Origin: Octopus vulgaris
Taxonomy: Eukaryota
Assembly (NCBI GenBank): GCA_951406725.2
Contig: OX597814.1
Location: 223,572,001 to 223,636,000 of the forward strand
Length of the DNA: 64,000 bases
Direction of reading: 5' to 3'
The notes under the pieces were generated by a model. That model searched no databases and was not told the DNA's origin. It was given only the letters and a program-made list of their open reading frames with translations. The translations under genes and the position numbers were made by a program. Position 1 is the stretch's first letter. The number at the start of each line of letters is the position of its first letter. This document shows positions 13,776 to 27,506 of this stretch, piece by piece.

Positions 13776-16153
13776 TTCTAAAGCCAGTAGATATTAGATT
13801 CTGTAACTTTTGTAATATAAAGACATATGCGTCCGTTGCTTCACCACAAAAATATGCTCTCAGGAAATAGATCCTTTAATGGGGTTTCGATTCCCAATCA
13901 AAATACTTATGTTGCATCTTCACCGCTTATCATACTTATACTGTCAAACGTAATAAGGAAATTACTTGCCATTTCCTCACTCCTAAAATGTTCAAGCTAC
14001 ATAAGAAATCACTTATACAAGAGGAAGTAAAAGGTTAGTAAATACGGGAGAAAGAATGAGAGGAAAAGAGTGGAGACGGAGGGACAAAGAGGGGAACTTT
14101 GAGATTGATGTGTATAATAGCTTTATGATATCACAGGCACTTAGTAGGAGATATTATGCCCCTATTAACCGTGTCCATGACCTCGCTTCGATTTCCGGTT
14201 CAAGCGAATATATTTTATGCAGAGTAAAACCCGGAATTTTATAACAGAGATGTTCTACTTCGGCACTTTATATAGTTTAGCAATACCTTGAAACACGACA
14301 CGTACACAATGCTATTTTCTCTTTGTTGTTAATAAATCCTGATTGGAATGAAGTATAGAAATCGATGTGATGGGTTTCGCGATAGTGCAAGAATAGATGA
14401 GATAAAAATAATCTCCTGAGCACCATTATTCAGGTTCCATTTCAACCATTGTTCAGTGGTACTGATCAAAGCACCTGCGACGTCCCCTGATATTTCTGAG
14501 GAAAAACTTTATTCTTCTTTACTTCAGTTCATTTCATAATAAGAAGTACTTTCTATTTTTTTTTTTTTTTTTTTTTCCTTTTTTACCCCGATAAAAATTA
14601 CTAATCTCTGACGAAAAATCTGTTCAGAACAAGTATAAGTTTTCATACATATGATGCAACAGAAATCTTAGCCAACCACAAAATCATGCAATCCTTGCAA
14701 AGAATTATTAACTTCAGCTTTAAGCACCGGAAACCTATGCAAAATAATAAATTATTATTGGTTATAATTTGATTGAGTGATGTTCAAATGTTTAAAGTGT
14801 AAAGTGCCGCATAGAAAACGCCGAACCGGTTTCCATAAAGTTTAATCATTTCGTAAATCAGCATCAAGCATGGTAAATTTATTGGCTTAAAGATACTTTT
14901 TTAATGTTCCAACTTTCATTATCTATATTGGTTGGTGAATATTTAACAGACGGTTCAACGCCAGACTGGCGGATTTATGGTATTTAATTTTGTCTCTGAT
15001 GACTTTAAAACTATTCTGTGATCATCTTTTACAAAGTTATTACGTACTAATAATTTAATTCAATTTATTGTCATTAAATACGAATATTACGAAAAGTAGA
15101 TTACAAACCGAACTGCCATAACAAAAGTTTTAATACGCATCAAAACACATTATAATTCATCAGAACACATGAACAGAGGAATGGATGATGCTCTAATAAT
15201 GAAATTATTTCAATAATAACTTGGTTCAATAGACAAATACAATCAAACGGACATGTGTATGTGTACGTGAGTGTGAGTGTGTGTTAGAGTATGTTTGTAT
15301 ATGGGTGTATGTATGTTATCTCTGTCCCCTTATATATGGGTCTGTGTGTGCGTATGCGTGTATATGTGTGTATATGTGTGTGTAATGTATATATGTATGT
15401 ATGTATGGATGGATGGATAGATGTATTCATCATCCAGTCGCTAGGATGCTGCTGCGTTGTCAATATATCATGTGTTAAATACAAACGTCTGTTTGCCAGT
15501 CTTGTATTTTGACTCCTATTTCTACCGCATATTTTTCAACACGGTGAAAGTGTCACCTCGAATTAAATTTTTAACTTTTTTTTTAAATCATCGTAGTTAT
15601 GTTATAATTTAATAGTTTTGCATTACCTCTTTGCGTTCCATTTTCATTTTACTTCAATTTTGTACGGTGTCAGGGTTCTTTTCTTCAAAGTATATAAATA
15701 TACAATAAAAGAAAAAAGTGTCCTTTTGTCTGCCCGTAACAGTTTTCTAAAACCATGGAGAGCAATATACTTTAGATTACTGCTTCTGAAATTGCACTGC
15801 AAAAACCTTTTTTATAAACACTAGCAACAAAGGCGGGAGAAAGGAACCTAACAAGTGTTTCTGCATGGTTATTTAATCTTTGCCTTCAATGTAAGTATTA
15901 ACTTCAGAAATTTAAATGTCACATGATTAAACGTCTTGTTACCCACAATCACAACATGACCAACATTAATTTACAGCCACACGGGAATAAGTGAATAAAC
16001 AAAACGAAATAGACACCATCTGAGCATCTACATTATGAAAATATAAACGAAAATATAATTTAAAAGACATGGTCAAAATTACAGTTATTTCTATACATTC
16101 AATAAAGACGGCAGCTGCACCAGCAGTACTAGCTAATATCTTAACGTATGTCC

Positions 16154-16239
<86 letters not shown>

Positions 16240-17609
16240 ATGTACGAGCTTGAAAAATATTGATTCTAACTATTAGTTTTCTCATAATGTCACAATTAAC
16301 CATGTGTATAAAGATACGTGTAAATATGCACATGGGCAGAGAAGTCAATATAAGTGCCCTGAGAATAGTTAAAAGTACAACAATAAATCGGAATAAATAG
16401 ATAAGATTCAACTAGTAGCTACAGGGGTATATATGAATCACAGCAAATAAATACTTTATTTCGGCTGAGGCAGTGTGCAAAAGTAAGTGGATAACAAAAG
16501 TGAAGCGTTAATGCTTCAAATACTTGCCTAGAGTAAGCCACCCACGTAAGGCTAGCAGCCAAGCTGAAATTATTCTGACCTCATATTATGTCAATTACAA
16601 TAAAAATCATGGGTGGGGCAACCTTGAATTGTAGCACAATGGGTTTTGAAAAAAGTATTAGTGAAGAAAAGGGTCAATATATCAAAAGTGAAATTGGGGA
16701 ACCATTCTTCTAGATTGAGATCCTCAAAAGCAATTTTGTGAGTTTGCTGACATAGCCAAGCAACAAAGATATAAAATTGAAAATAAATATCGTATAATAG
16801 TTTCAGCCAAAATAAGATATGTGGGGATGAATACTAATAGTGAATGATAAAAATATTACAAAGCAGTGTGGAACACAAAGATAGTAAAACGAACGAATAA
16901 TTAGATCGAAATAGTTTTCAACTCAAGCGCCAAAACAAAAAAAGAATTCAGCAGCAAAAATGATAAAAACTAAGAAAAAATATAACAAATTTGGTTGCTG
17001 AAAGTATTAAGTATATATATAGAGTGTATTGTATATCTTTACGACTTGAAGAATAAGCAACGTTGTAGCAGGAGAAAAATATGTCGTACAATGGTACATA
17101 GTCATTACTTTAGTAATTTAAAAACCAAGAATTCTCCTTCTACTTTTACAAATTATGCTGGTGGAATTATAAGTGTGCTTGCCAAGGAAGTAAACAAATG
17201 TAGCTTTCAGGTCAGCAAGTTAAACTTCCTAAGAAATGTAACGTTATAATAGTAGATGTCTAGGTAATTTAATGAAATATCTGACAACACAAGTTGAAAC
17301 CAAACCGTATCTAAAATTTACTTTATGAAATCATTCAATGTAAATTTTCATTTTTACTCTAGCTACTTTAGTTATTTAATTGTAGCTATGTTTATACTTC
17401 GATGCTATCTTCAAGATAAAGTCAGTTGTATCGATCCAAGAATGTTGACTAGTATTTTCATCATCGACTTTGGAGGGATTAAAGGCAAAGTCTCCTACAT
17501 ATAGTGTAAACTTTGAACCTAAATACAGAACTAAATAAAAGATATTTAGCTGACACTCTACCGAATTTGCATCCACCGATTAATATCTAAATATTTAAAA
17601 GAGAGAATA

Positions 17610-20600
17610 CATGTTTCAGGTGCTCCTTTAATCACTAATATTGTAACCGCCTTGAGATGCCACATTTTCTCGATTTCAATGAGCAAATCGTTATATTTTC
17701 TGAGCTTGTTAAATTCTTTTGCCGAGATATTATGATTACAAGCAATATCCATGTTGATCGATAAACAGACTTTATTCTTTTGGTCTTTCACACAACATCC
17801 AGTTTATTAGTTTTGATGGTTCGGTCTGTATGTACTGGAAAGTCCCCATGTGTCGTTACATTTTCTCCTTTAGTAACAGCTTCAGAGTGGTACTTATACT
17901 ATTTATCAACAGTTTTGATTTTATAATGCCGACATACTAACCAATGTAGATATTGGTCAACTCTGTCGTGTCTTCGTTTGTATTCCATTGGTGCTAAAAC
18001 TTTATATCCCGCGATTAGGTAGAGCATGGTTTCAATCTCATCACTGCAGAATCGGAACTTTGGGTCTATTCCATTTTTCATCACATTGGCTTGGTAGTTT
18101 CGGGTCAATAATCTTTGATCTTGAGCAGCTAATATGAAAGCTTCACCCTCTGCCTTTAGGCGGAGCCCCGTAACCACTGATAGGTGTGCCTCTGGTCTAC
18201 ATCAGCCAATTGTTCATATCAGCCAATTGTTCATACGCTTTTTTTCTTTGCCATTGATTCAGGCCTCGATCAGCTTGGGCTCTGAGAAGGTAAAGAAGAC
18301 CTACTTCTGCCTTTGGGTGATGCATCATATTGAAAATCGGCGGCTTACGTATTTTCCAGTCTATTTTCTTTATTTCACTGATAATCCTCTCCAATACATT
18401 GGAGCTATAAATAACAACCTGAAAAGCTAAAGAATTTATTGCTAACACCTTGTTATGTGCATTTAGCTCAGATTTCAGAACTGCGCGAACCCTCCTATAA
18501 TATTCTTTCCTGATTTTCTCTTTCGTGCTTGCATATTGAATGCCAGGGCCTTCATTCATTGCTAGGTATTTGTTTTTTGCTGCTTTTATAGCTGTGTCAA
18601 CATGTCGCACGAATGAATTTGAGATCTTCAATTTCCCTTTCTAGAAAGTTGCCTGGCATATTTATTAAGGCCGAATTCAATCTCGATGCCATCACTGAAT
18701 GCTTTCACACTACGTAATATGCTTTCAAGCTCACCACTGTCCTTGCCATAGAGTTTAAAGTCATCAGCCCATAGACTGTTTATCCATGACTTATAAAATT
18801 TTCACTTCCATCCTTGTGGAGAAAATATATACATTTATGGATCAGGGCGATATTTTCTCCATTGATCAAAAAGGATGCTATCGAGGCTCATATGGATGCA
18901 AAGGTGGTTTATTTCTATATAATAGACGGCTTATTTTCTTGTCAATTTTATACCCATACCTTGTTTTGTTAAGTTCACTTGTAAGGGTTATTAGAGTAAT
19001 GAAAAACTTTTTCTTCACAAGGAAAGATGCCAAAATGTTATAAGTAGTGCATAAACAGCTTATAGGTCAATAAGTTTTTGAAATTTTGGTTTTATTATTC
19101 TTTGGTAGTTGTTAAGTAATACCATTTGCTAAGCAGTCGGGTGTTTTCTTAGGATCTCTCTTAGCCACATTGAACAGCTGTATAATCTTTTCGTCTGCGC
19201 ACAACTGCGTTATCTTTCCACTTATGAGCCTTCATGGATGTCATCCTTAATTCTGCTATCGTGATCTCTTCCCATTCTTGTTCTGGTAAATTTTGGTAAG
19301 TTTCTTCTGTGCGTCTAATCCAATCCGCATTTTCATTGTACGTCTTTTCATCAGTCCTGATCATTTTCCAAACGTTTTCAACTTCGTCCATAGGAGAGCA
19401 TCTTCAAGTGTTACTTTCTCCTTCTCTCTTCTCTGTTGCTCTATAAAATGTTTTGGCACTAGATACGAACAACTTATTTTGCTGGTAAAAATTGCGTCTT
19501 TTCTCAAATTTCCTCATCATTTGAGCTTTTGTGTGGATATTTTGTTTCTTTTATTTATATCAGTTCTTCTCTTGGTGAGAATCCCTGCTTCCTCTTCGTC
19601 TGTCTTCCATTTCTGGATCTTACATCCTTTCTACAGATCAGTTCATTTAATATTGATACGTACCGTCTCATTAACTCAATTTCTTTCAATTTTACTTCTC
19701 CAGTTTGGATTACTTTGGGGGGTTTTTTTTTTTTTGAGGCATACTCCTGGTTTCAGTTGTCTTAAAAGACGAGTAAATAATCTCATTTAACTCTGTGAGA
19801 TCAGGTTTTAATTCTTGCATATTTTTCGTTACATGCTTTAACATTTTAATTTGTTTGTTTTGTAATTTTTTATTTGAGAGTTATGTTGTTTTCTATCATT
19901 CATATTTGCTTGTCTTACAAATTTAAGCTTCTTCAGAATGGTTTGCTTCATTTCCATCTTAAACTCTGTGTTCTTCAGAAAACGTGTGGTCTTCAAATAC
20001 TGTTTCTTAACCACGTTCTTGGTTATCTTTACCAGGTTCATTAGAATTTCTTATACTTTCAGGCCTTTGCGTGATTTGGTCACATGACAATCTTTCAATC
20101 AAAACTCGTGCTGAGCTACTCTACTTTCTTTATCTGATTTTTTATTTCCTTCCTGTCTTACATTTAGGTCATTGTCTGCCAAGTTCTTGGTCCTGATTAT
20201 TTCGTTATTTGGGACTCTATTGTTTCCAAATGTATCCTTCCTAATATTTGCAAACTTCTTTTCGTTCAAATAGGGTCAACTGCCTTGATTTCGTGTTCTC
20301 CATATTTTGTAAGACTTTGCGGCGTGTCTCTCTCGAGATGACTGGTCTAATACATAGTAATAAGCGTATGTTATTTCTTTATACTCTCCTCGTGTCCATT
20401 TGACCCTCTTGTATATTTCTTTCTGTGGTATCTGTGATACTGAACTTGGAGGGGTCGAGTTGTAGCAGTTCTCATTTAAGTGACCATCCAGATTCGTATT
20501 CAGAGAAGAGTTTCTGCCAGTGGATGACTTTTCGACCCCAGACTGGCTCTCCCCTGAGGGACGCGCTTCCGGATTAACCTTAGGATAGGCGATTTGCTGT

Positions 20601-20640
20601 ACTGTTTTCATTTTCCTTTTCGTTTCGTAAGACATCTTGG
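17610..20640 (-). pseudogene. Degenerate, internally deleted R4/Dong-like non-LTR retrotransposon spanning N-terminus to RLE
   Basis: Collinear fragments: RVKWTRGEY..YAYY; VENVWKMI..NENADW..HKWK; LPK..PISCL; DDFKLYGKD..EFGLNK; KEYYRRVRAVLKSELN..MHHPKA; AFILAAQDQ..RRHD; KLRKYNDLLIEIEKMW. Confidence 0.85.
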
Positions 20641-20812
20641 TGCTACATTAATGTTATTAGTATTGAGCCCCGTGTGGCTAATGTAGAAACGGTTATTATT
20701 ATCCCTGTCATTACGATCAGCACCATTATTATTACCTCAACCATTATAACTGTTACACTTGCCATTACCATGCCATTACAGAAGCCGTGTTCATCGTTGA
20801 TTACCACTAGTA

Positions 20813-21050
20813 CATATTTCGTTACTACCCACAAGGGGCTAAACACAGAGAGAGGAGAAACAAGGACAGACAAACGGATTAAGTCGATTATATAGACCCC
20901 AGTGTGTAACTGGTACTTGTTTAATCGACCCCGAAAGGATGAAAGGCAAAGTCGACCTCGGCAGAATTTGAACTCAGAACTCAGCAGCAGACGAAATACC
21001 GCTAAGCTTTACACCCGGCGTGATAACGTTTCTACCAACTCGCCGCCTTA
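20813..21050 (-). mobile_element. tRNA-headed SINE, family B, full length with 12-bp TSD
   Basis: B-box GAGTTCAAATTC; core GCCTTTCATCCTTTCGGGGTCGATTAAA; TSD TTACCACTAGTA at 20801-20812 and 21053-21064. Confidence 0.9.
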
Positions 21051-21558
21051 ATTTACCACTAGTATCGTCGCTGTCTCTGTCCTTGTAGCTGACAGCAACT
21101 TCATTGGATTAGCTTCGGTTTTATTTTTATATTCGAAACATGAAAAATATATTCCGAATGTAAACAGCAATTCATCATAACTAGTTCTTCATATGAAGTT
21201 TTTATGTATGTTTTCTTGACAAACTACAACAATAAGCAACGCCATCATTGAAATTGCTTCTTAGAAATATATATGAACTACAGAAGAATATTTTGTTTTT
21301 CATTCATATTTTAGGAACTTTTGCTCCTAACAAAGAAAGCTGAAACGTACAAGGCAGACATTCTCCAAATAAAAAGACGATAAGAATTTACAAATACGGC
21401 CGTAAGTCGTTTTAATCTTGTTACTGCATGCAAATTCAGTATTTTTATAGAAAGAGATTAAGGCAGTTTCTGTGCGTTCGTATTCACATACAAGAGGTGG
21501 TTATGTTTGACCGTTACATCACTTGGAATCGCAGAAGGAAGAAAATACGTCTAATCCC

Positions 21559-21742
21559 TTTGGTTGCGACGTCCAAAAGCTATAGATTTAATTTTCCCAT
21601 TTGCATTTAGGTCATTGACTGCTAAGATCTTGGTCCTGATTATTTCGTTATTTTGACTCTATTGCTTCCAAAGATATCCTTCCTAACATTTCCTAACTTC
21701 TTTTGGTTGAGCCGTCCAAAAGCTATAGATTTAATTTTCCCA
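21559..21742. repeat. ~41 bp direct repeat flanking a ~105 bp Dong-like internal fragment
   Basis: Perfect 30-mer CGTCCAAAAGCTATAGATTTAATTTTCCCA at 21570-21599 and 21713-21742; the insert matches 20161-20268. Confidence 0.85.
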
Positions 21743-22137
21743 CAATGCATCACCACGACTTGCGCCATCCAGTCGCCAATAGATGAGACAACTGGTGTCA
21801 AGGGAGGTAACTGTCCACCATATGTAGACCACCTCGGGCTAGTATTAATATGCTTGGTGAAGCCACGATTGTGTGAAAGATTTGTTATCGTAATTAGGGC
21901 AGATATGCAAATTTACACTTTACAATACAAGCCAAAAGCACTTGTGTCTCCTTACATCGTAAACCTGAAAGCTTCGTATTAAGGGTTAGGACGCCAGTAA
22001 AAAGAAGAGACGAGACCTTTTAAAAGAAAGATTGTTGATCTTACAGACATTTCCAAAACGACTTGCTCAGAGAAATTGATTTGTCTGCACCGAAAATCAA
22101 ACACAGGCATGTGTCTATAGTATTTATAAATCTGCTT

Positions 22138-22547
22138 TACTCCTTTACTCTTTAACATGTTTCAGTCATTTGACTGTGGCCATGCTGGAGCACTGCCTTT
22201 AGCCGAGCAAATCGACCCCGGGACTTATTCTTTGTAAACTCAGTACTTATTCTATCGGTCTCTTTTGCCGAACCGCTAAGTGACGGGGACGTAAACACCA
22301 CAGCATCGGTTGTCAAGTAATGCTAGTGGGACAAACACAGACACACAAACACATACACACACATACATATATATATACATATATACGACAGGCTTCTTTC
22401 AGTTTCCGTCTACCAAATCCACTCACAAGGCATTGGTCAGCCCGGGGCTATAGCAGAAGACACTTGCCCAAGATGCCACGCGGTGGGACTGAACCCTGAA
22501 CCATGTGGTTGGTTAGCAAGCTACTTACCACACAGCCACTCCTGCGC
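22138..22547 (-). mobile_element. tRNA-headed SINE, family A, full length
   Basis: Head GCAGGAGTGGCTGTGTGGTAAG..GGTTCAGTCCC; CORE-like CTTGGGCAAGTGTCTT; internal TA/TG microsatellite; CR1-like tail and AAAGAGT repeats. Confidence 0.9.
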
Positions 22548-24104
22548 TTTATATATATAAAATTTAACATTACAATAGTAGTCGTAGTTTTGCAATAACA
22601 CTACGTTTCGTAGGAGCAACTCTATGGACCGACAGATAAAAATAATGAGACGAGATGCAAAATACTGCATAAACAAAGGAATAAACCCATAGGAAAAGGC
22701 TGGAGTTTAAAGAATATTTATACGTTATTTATTATTAAATTACTTTTCGTCTACAGGAAGAAACGTTTTGTTAAATGTTTGATTTTTAATTAAAAACAAA
22801 TTAATTTCTGATTTGTTTCTTCAATATTAATTTTTTTACAATCAGAATATTTGGAATGGAAGCTGTTTTTTTATTGTCTAGCTGATTTCAACACCTCATC
22901 GATGTTTTGAGTGAGACTATGTTCTTCTAATACCTATCGTATACAAAACTAAACAATTAGACATCCATTTCAATTGAAAAGCCATTATTATATTTTTGTA
23001 ATATATCTTTAACAAATAAATTAATACAAAAATTCTTCCGTTTAAACAGCTCTAGACGGCGTCATAAGTAGCATAGATAACATAACGATACGACCTTGGA
23101 GGCAACAATTTAATAATGTTACTAACACAAATGAAAATTATAAAGGTCTGACCATCGTCAAAACATAAAAACAATGTGGAGGTTTGACACACTCACCGAG
23201 CACTGGTGGATGTGTTTTTTACACACCCAATCTTTGGTTCTGGTTTTGAATGATAACTGCCATTCTAGTAGTCTTTTCCGAAAATTTGCCCCTAAAGCGT
23301 CGATTTTTCCTTGATCTATTTTGTTTTGGGGTTTTTTCTCCACAAGGGAAAATAATCTTCAGAATGGCGTTCTTTTTCAGAATATATTGAATGCAACTTG
23401 GTGGTGGGGTTTCATTTGTTCCACACAGCGATACTCTAGAGAAACTTGGAAAATTGCTTAGTTGCCTGCAATTCATATTTACAGCTTCACCAAATATATC
23501 GATATAATACAGGATAGTCACTATTTGAATGTTTCATGTTGCGCTTCATTTCCTCGTCTGTTCATACAACAAGCATAACTCTTATTTTTTCAAATGTTTA
23601 CTCCTTGAATTATATAATATTTCTGCTGATAACAATGAAGTCGCCATTGCAAAAATTGTTACTAGTCCGAAATTGTTCTAATTGAAGTGGCAGATGAATG
23701 TCTGCTTCCACTCACCTCAACACTTGCAATTTTACCTCTGTTGTCATGTCAGTCCTCGGTGTAACATATAAACATTCAATACTTGGAGACAGATTGTTTT
23801 CAACTCATGGTAGATGAAACATTCTATGAAAAATGCTGGAGAATACAGGAGTAGAATCTCGTAGCATATTAACGATGTTGTCTACAAAACAGGTTTATTA
23901 TCTTTGCCAAGGAACACATTCTCACTTTCAGTTTTACCTTCATGATGCAGCAAACACCAAAGGATAAATGCCAGTTTATTGTTATTTTCCATTTCCAGTT
24001 ATAATCTTTTTATCCATCAGCAAATTTATTTGCATTAAAAATCATATTCTCACTTCAGATTTAAACAGTCTTCGCAACGGAACGAAAGAATTCAGGCGGC
24101 AACA

Positions 24105-24542
24105 GAAAGAATGTTGGAGTGGAAAGTGTGGGATGCTGTGGGGGGATGGGATATGGGATGTATAGGCATGGTGGGGTTGGAATGTGTAGGGTGGGGTAAC
24201 GATGGAGGAGTGACGTTGAAGGGAGAGAGAAAAGGGAGAAGGTAGGTAGGAGTGAAGAGAGGAAGTAGGTGTCAGATCAAAAGAGGAGAGGAGAGGTGGG
24301 TGGGAATGAAGGGTGCAAGTAGGTGTGAGAAGAAGAGAGGAGAGAAGAGGGAAATTAGATGAAGAGAGGAGGAGAGGTGAGCCCATGTGGCACAAAGGAG
24401 CAAAGGGAGAAGATTAATTCCTGTTCACGGCGAAAATGGGAGACCGGATGGCCCTTGTGCGAGGACAATCCGAACACAGGCTGGTGTTGTAAGAATGACC
24501 GATACAGCGAAGTAGGCACGAAACCGGGGTGTCGTTGCCAAG

Positions 24543-24546
<4 letters not shown>
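24105..24546 (-). mobile_element. Penelope-like element fragment (GIY-YIG C-terminus plus pyrimidine tract)
   Basis: [29 protein letters not shown]; homologous to 2700-3120 and 50135-50500. Confidence 0.75.
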
Positions 24547-24622
<76 letters not shown>

Positions 24623-24628
24623 CATACA

Positions 24629-24670
<42 letters not shown>

Positions 24671-24721
24671 CATTTATATATATATATGCGTGTGTATATA
24701 TATATGTATATATATGTATAT

Positions 24722-25165
24722 ATGAGCGGTACATCATTTGTACGATGTGGAGAATATACCGCCAACTTTGCCCAAACGACCTGAACATTAGCTTCAAGGT
24801 TCATCCAAGACTGGGATCACGCGCCATACGTCCCCTGCCTAATTCAAGATCACAGCATACATGTACACTACAACATAATTTCTTTTCCTCAACATGCCCT
24901 GCCCTATTTAAAATTGTCCCGAAAGAGATCAAAGAGGAACAGGATCCCATCAACTTTAAACGGAGTCTGGATAGATTCCTTCAAGGAATACCAGATAAGC
25001 CACCCATAATTGGATACAACTCACCCCAAAAAAACTTACTACTTCAATGGACCATAAACAAAACTTGACTTAAACAGGATTCGAATAATCCTATCAGGTG
25101 GTGCTATTAAGTTAGACATGGCCTGGAACAATCATTGGTCGAAACATATCTAAGTTTACCTAAGT

Positions 25166-25169
<4 letters not shown>
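24722..25169 (+). mobile_element. CR1-clade LINE 3' fragment
   Basis: [38 protein letters not shown]; 3' stem-loop plus CTAAGTTTA tail repeats. Confidence 0.8.
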
Positions 25170-25217
<48 letters not shown>

Positions 25218-25536
25218 GAGGTGAATGAGAGGGAGACACATATCAATCCTTGCCTTATCAATACACATTTTTTTTTACTTCTTACTTCTTACTTTTTCGG
25301 TTTCCGTTTTTTAACATTCTACGTTTTCTATATATTTCCCTGTCAACTTTTCGCGTTTCTTCTCCCATTCAGTTTTAGTTACGATATGTGGTTTGTTCCT
25401 GGTAAATACGTTCGAGGTATTTCTCAAAATACGAAAGTATTAGTAGCAAATATAGACATGCATTGTGTCTATTAAATAATATATATACACATATCTATAT
25501 ATAAAATATATATAATATATATACATATATGTTATG

Positions 25537-25569
<33 letters not shown>

Positions 25570-25574
<5 letters not shown>

Positions 25575-25784
25575 CTGCTCGTGACCCGTTGGGTCACCAA
25601 TAGTTCCAGGTAGCCGAAAAAACGCGTATCTCAGGAACCCGTGGTCCGATTTATGCGAAACTTGTTTTATTCCGTTTGTATTCACATCAGCATCCGACTC
25701 CTGACGTCTTCTGTTTTTGTCATTTTCCCTCTGTTTCGCCAGACGCTCATCTCTCCGAGCATCCGATACCTGATCTCTCCTGCT

Positions 25785-25843
<59 letters not shown>

Positions 25844-26977
25844 ATTCCGCCAGACGCTCAGCCCTTGCTTTATCAGTTTCATCGATCCTTCTGTTCGCGT
25901 GCCAGTCCGGATCTTGGGTAAATATTTTGTATAGGACCCGTTCGTACTTCGGTGTGAAATAATTTTTTCCACAGGTTTTTTCGAGTACACTTGACATATC
26001 TCACCTCCAAACCCACCACAAGCCACTTTCTTGAGGGAGAGGGGTGGTGGAGACCTCAAGGCTTCCCAAGAAGCTCCGAGTTTCCCATCAAAGGAATTTT
26101 TCCGTGATCGATTTTTCTTTTCCAGGTTATTTCATATGTTCTCAACGAATGTGACATCGGAACCACGCGTAAACGGCTCTTTCCCCAGAAAAGGAAAGAT
26201 TTGGCTGCTATTTCTTGCATGCTCTTCTCTCACGTAACAGCTATTTCAGGTCCTTTATCGCATATTTCTGTTACATGGCAGCAGGGCGTGCTAGAAACGG
26301 TAGCCACATCTTTGGAGGTGAGATGCGTGGAATGCACTCTAAAAAATACTATGGAAAAATATTATTTCACGAAATATTTACTGTATTTTTAAGGTTGTTT
26401 TCACTTTAATTTTTTTTTTAAATATACCAAAATTATTTCTTGTAAGTGTATTCATTTGAAAATAATTTTTAAAAAGAAAAATACTGTCAGTTCAAAGAAA
26501 TCTAAAATATAAATACTTACAGTAAAATGAACTTACATTTTTGAAATCACATTGATTTAAAAATATTTCTAAATGATTGAAATATTTTGTTAAACAAAAG
26601 CGAAAATAGAGACATTTACTGCAAAAAACAACTTGTATTTTTTCGTTGATAACTTAAAGTCACTAAGACTTTTGCACATCATAATGTGTCTAATAGATGG
26701 GTTAGAGTTTCTGCCCTTTCAGGGTTAAGTTATTTTCAGAGTATTTTCCCATTATGCACCGTTTTGAATATTTATACTCCCTAGACACACACCAAAATCC
26801 ATCCGCCCACCATATCTCAAGAAACGGTGGTTCGTTTTTCGCGAAACTTGTTTTAATCCGTTTATATTCACATTTCAGGGGCGCATTACTTTCGAAATAT
26901 GTTCCTATTATGTACCACTTTGGCTGTGTAACATTCCAAGCAAGCAAGATTGAAGTTCATTTTTTAAAGTATATAGA
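25570..26977 (-). mobile_element. Non-autonomous Helitron (~1.4 kb)
   Basis: Minus strand A|TCTATATACTTTAAAA 5' end; 3' hairpin GTGACCC-AAC-GGGTCAC (25581-25597) then CTAA|T; ~60 bp internal direct repeat at 25627-25687 and 26813-26872. Confidence 0.7.
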
Positions 26978-27050
<73 letters not shown>

Positions 27051-27120
27051 GTATGTGTGTGTGTGTGTGGGTGTATTTATATATGCATACATACATTCAT
27101 TTATATACACATGCGTGGTG

Positions 27121-27151
<31 letters not shown>

Positions 27152-27474
27152 ATATATTTATATATACATACATACATTCATTTATATACACATGCTTGTG
27201 TGTATATATATATATATATACATGTGTTTGTGCCTGTGCGATTCTATATATGTATGCTACTGAATGTTGAATACACCAGCGTACAATTACTAATTAGATT
27301 GGTCACAATATAAGTAGCTTTCTAAACATAAGTGTCTTAAAAAAAGAATTAATGAAGACATCACTGTGCAAACTTAGCAACAACACGCATCATATATTTA
27401 TTTTTAAAAATTCACAACAAAAATGAAAATGACGATGATGATGATGTTGTTTTTGTTGATGATGATAGTGGTAA

Positions 27475-27506
<32 letters not shown>

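Noticed and set aside
21570-21742. CRISPR-like repeat-spacer-repeat with a mobile-element-derived spacer
   Set aside because: Only two repeats, a spacer over 100 bp, eukaryotic context and no cas genes; better explained as a target duplication
23150-23560. Possible piggyBac transposase C-terminal remnant on the minus strand
   Set aside because: Only vague motif resemblance; no TTAA/TIR or catalytic motifs could be confirmed
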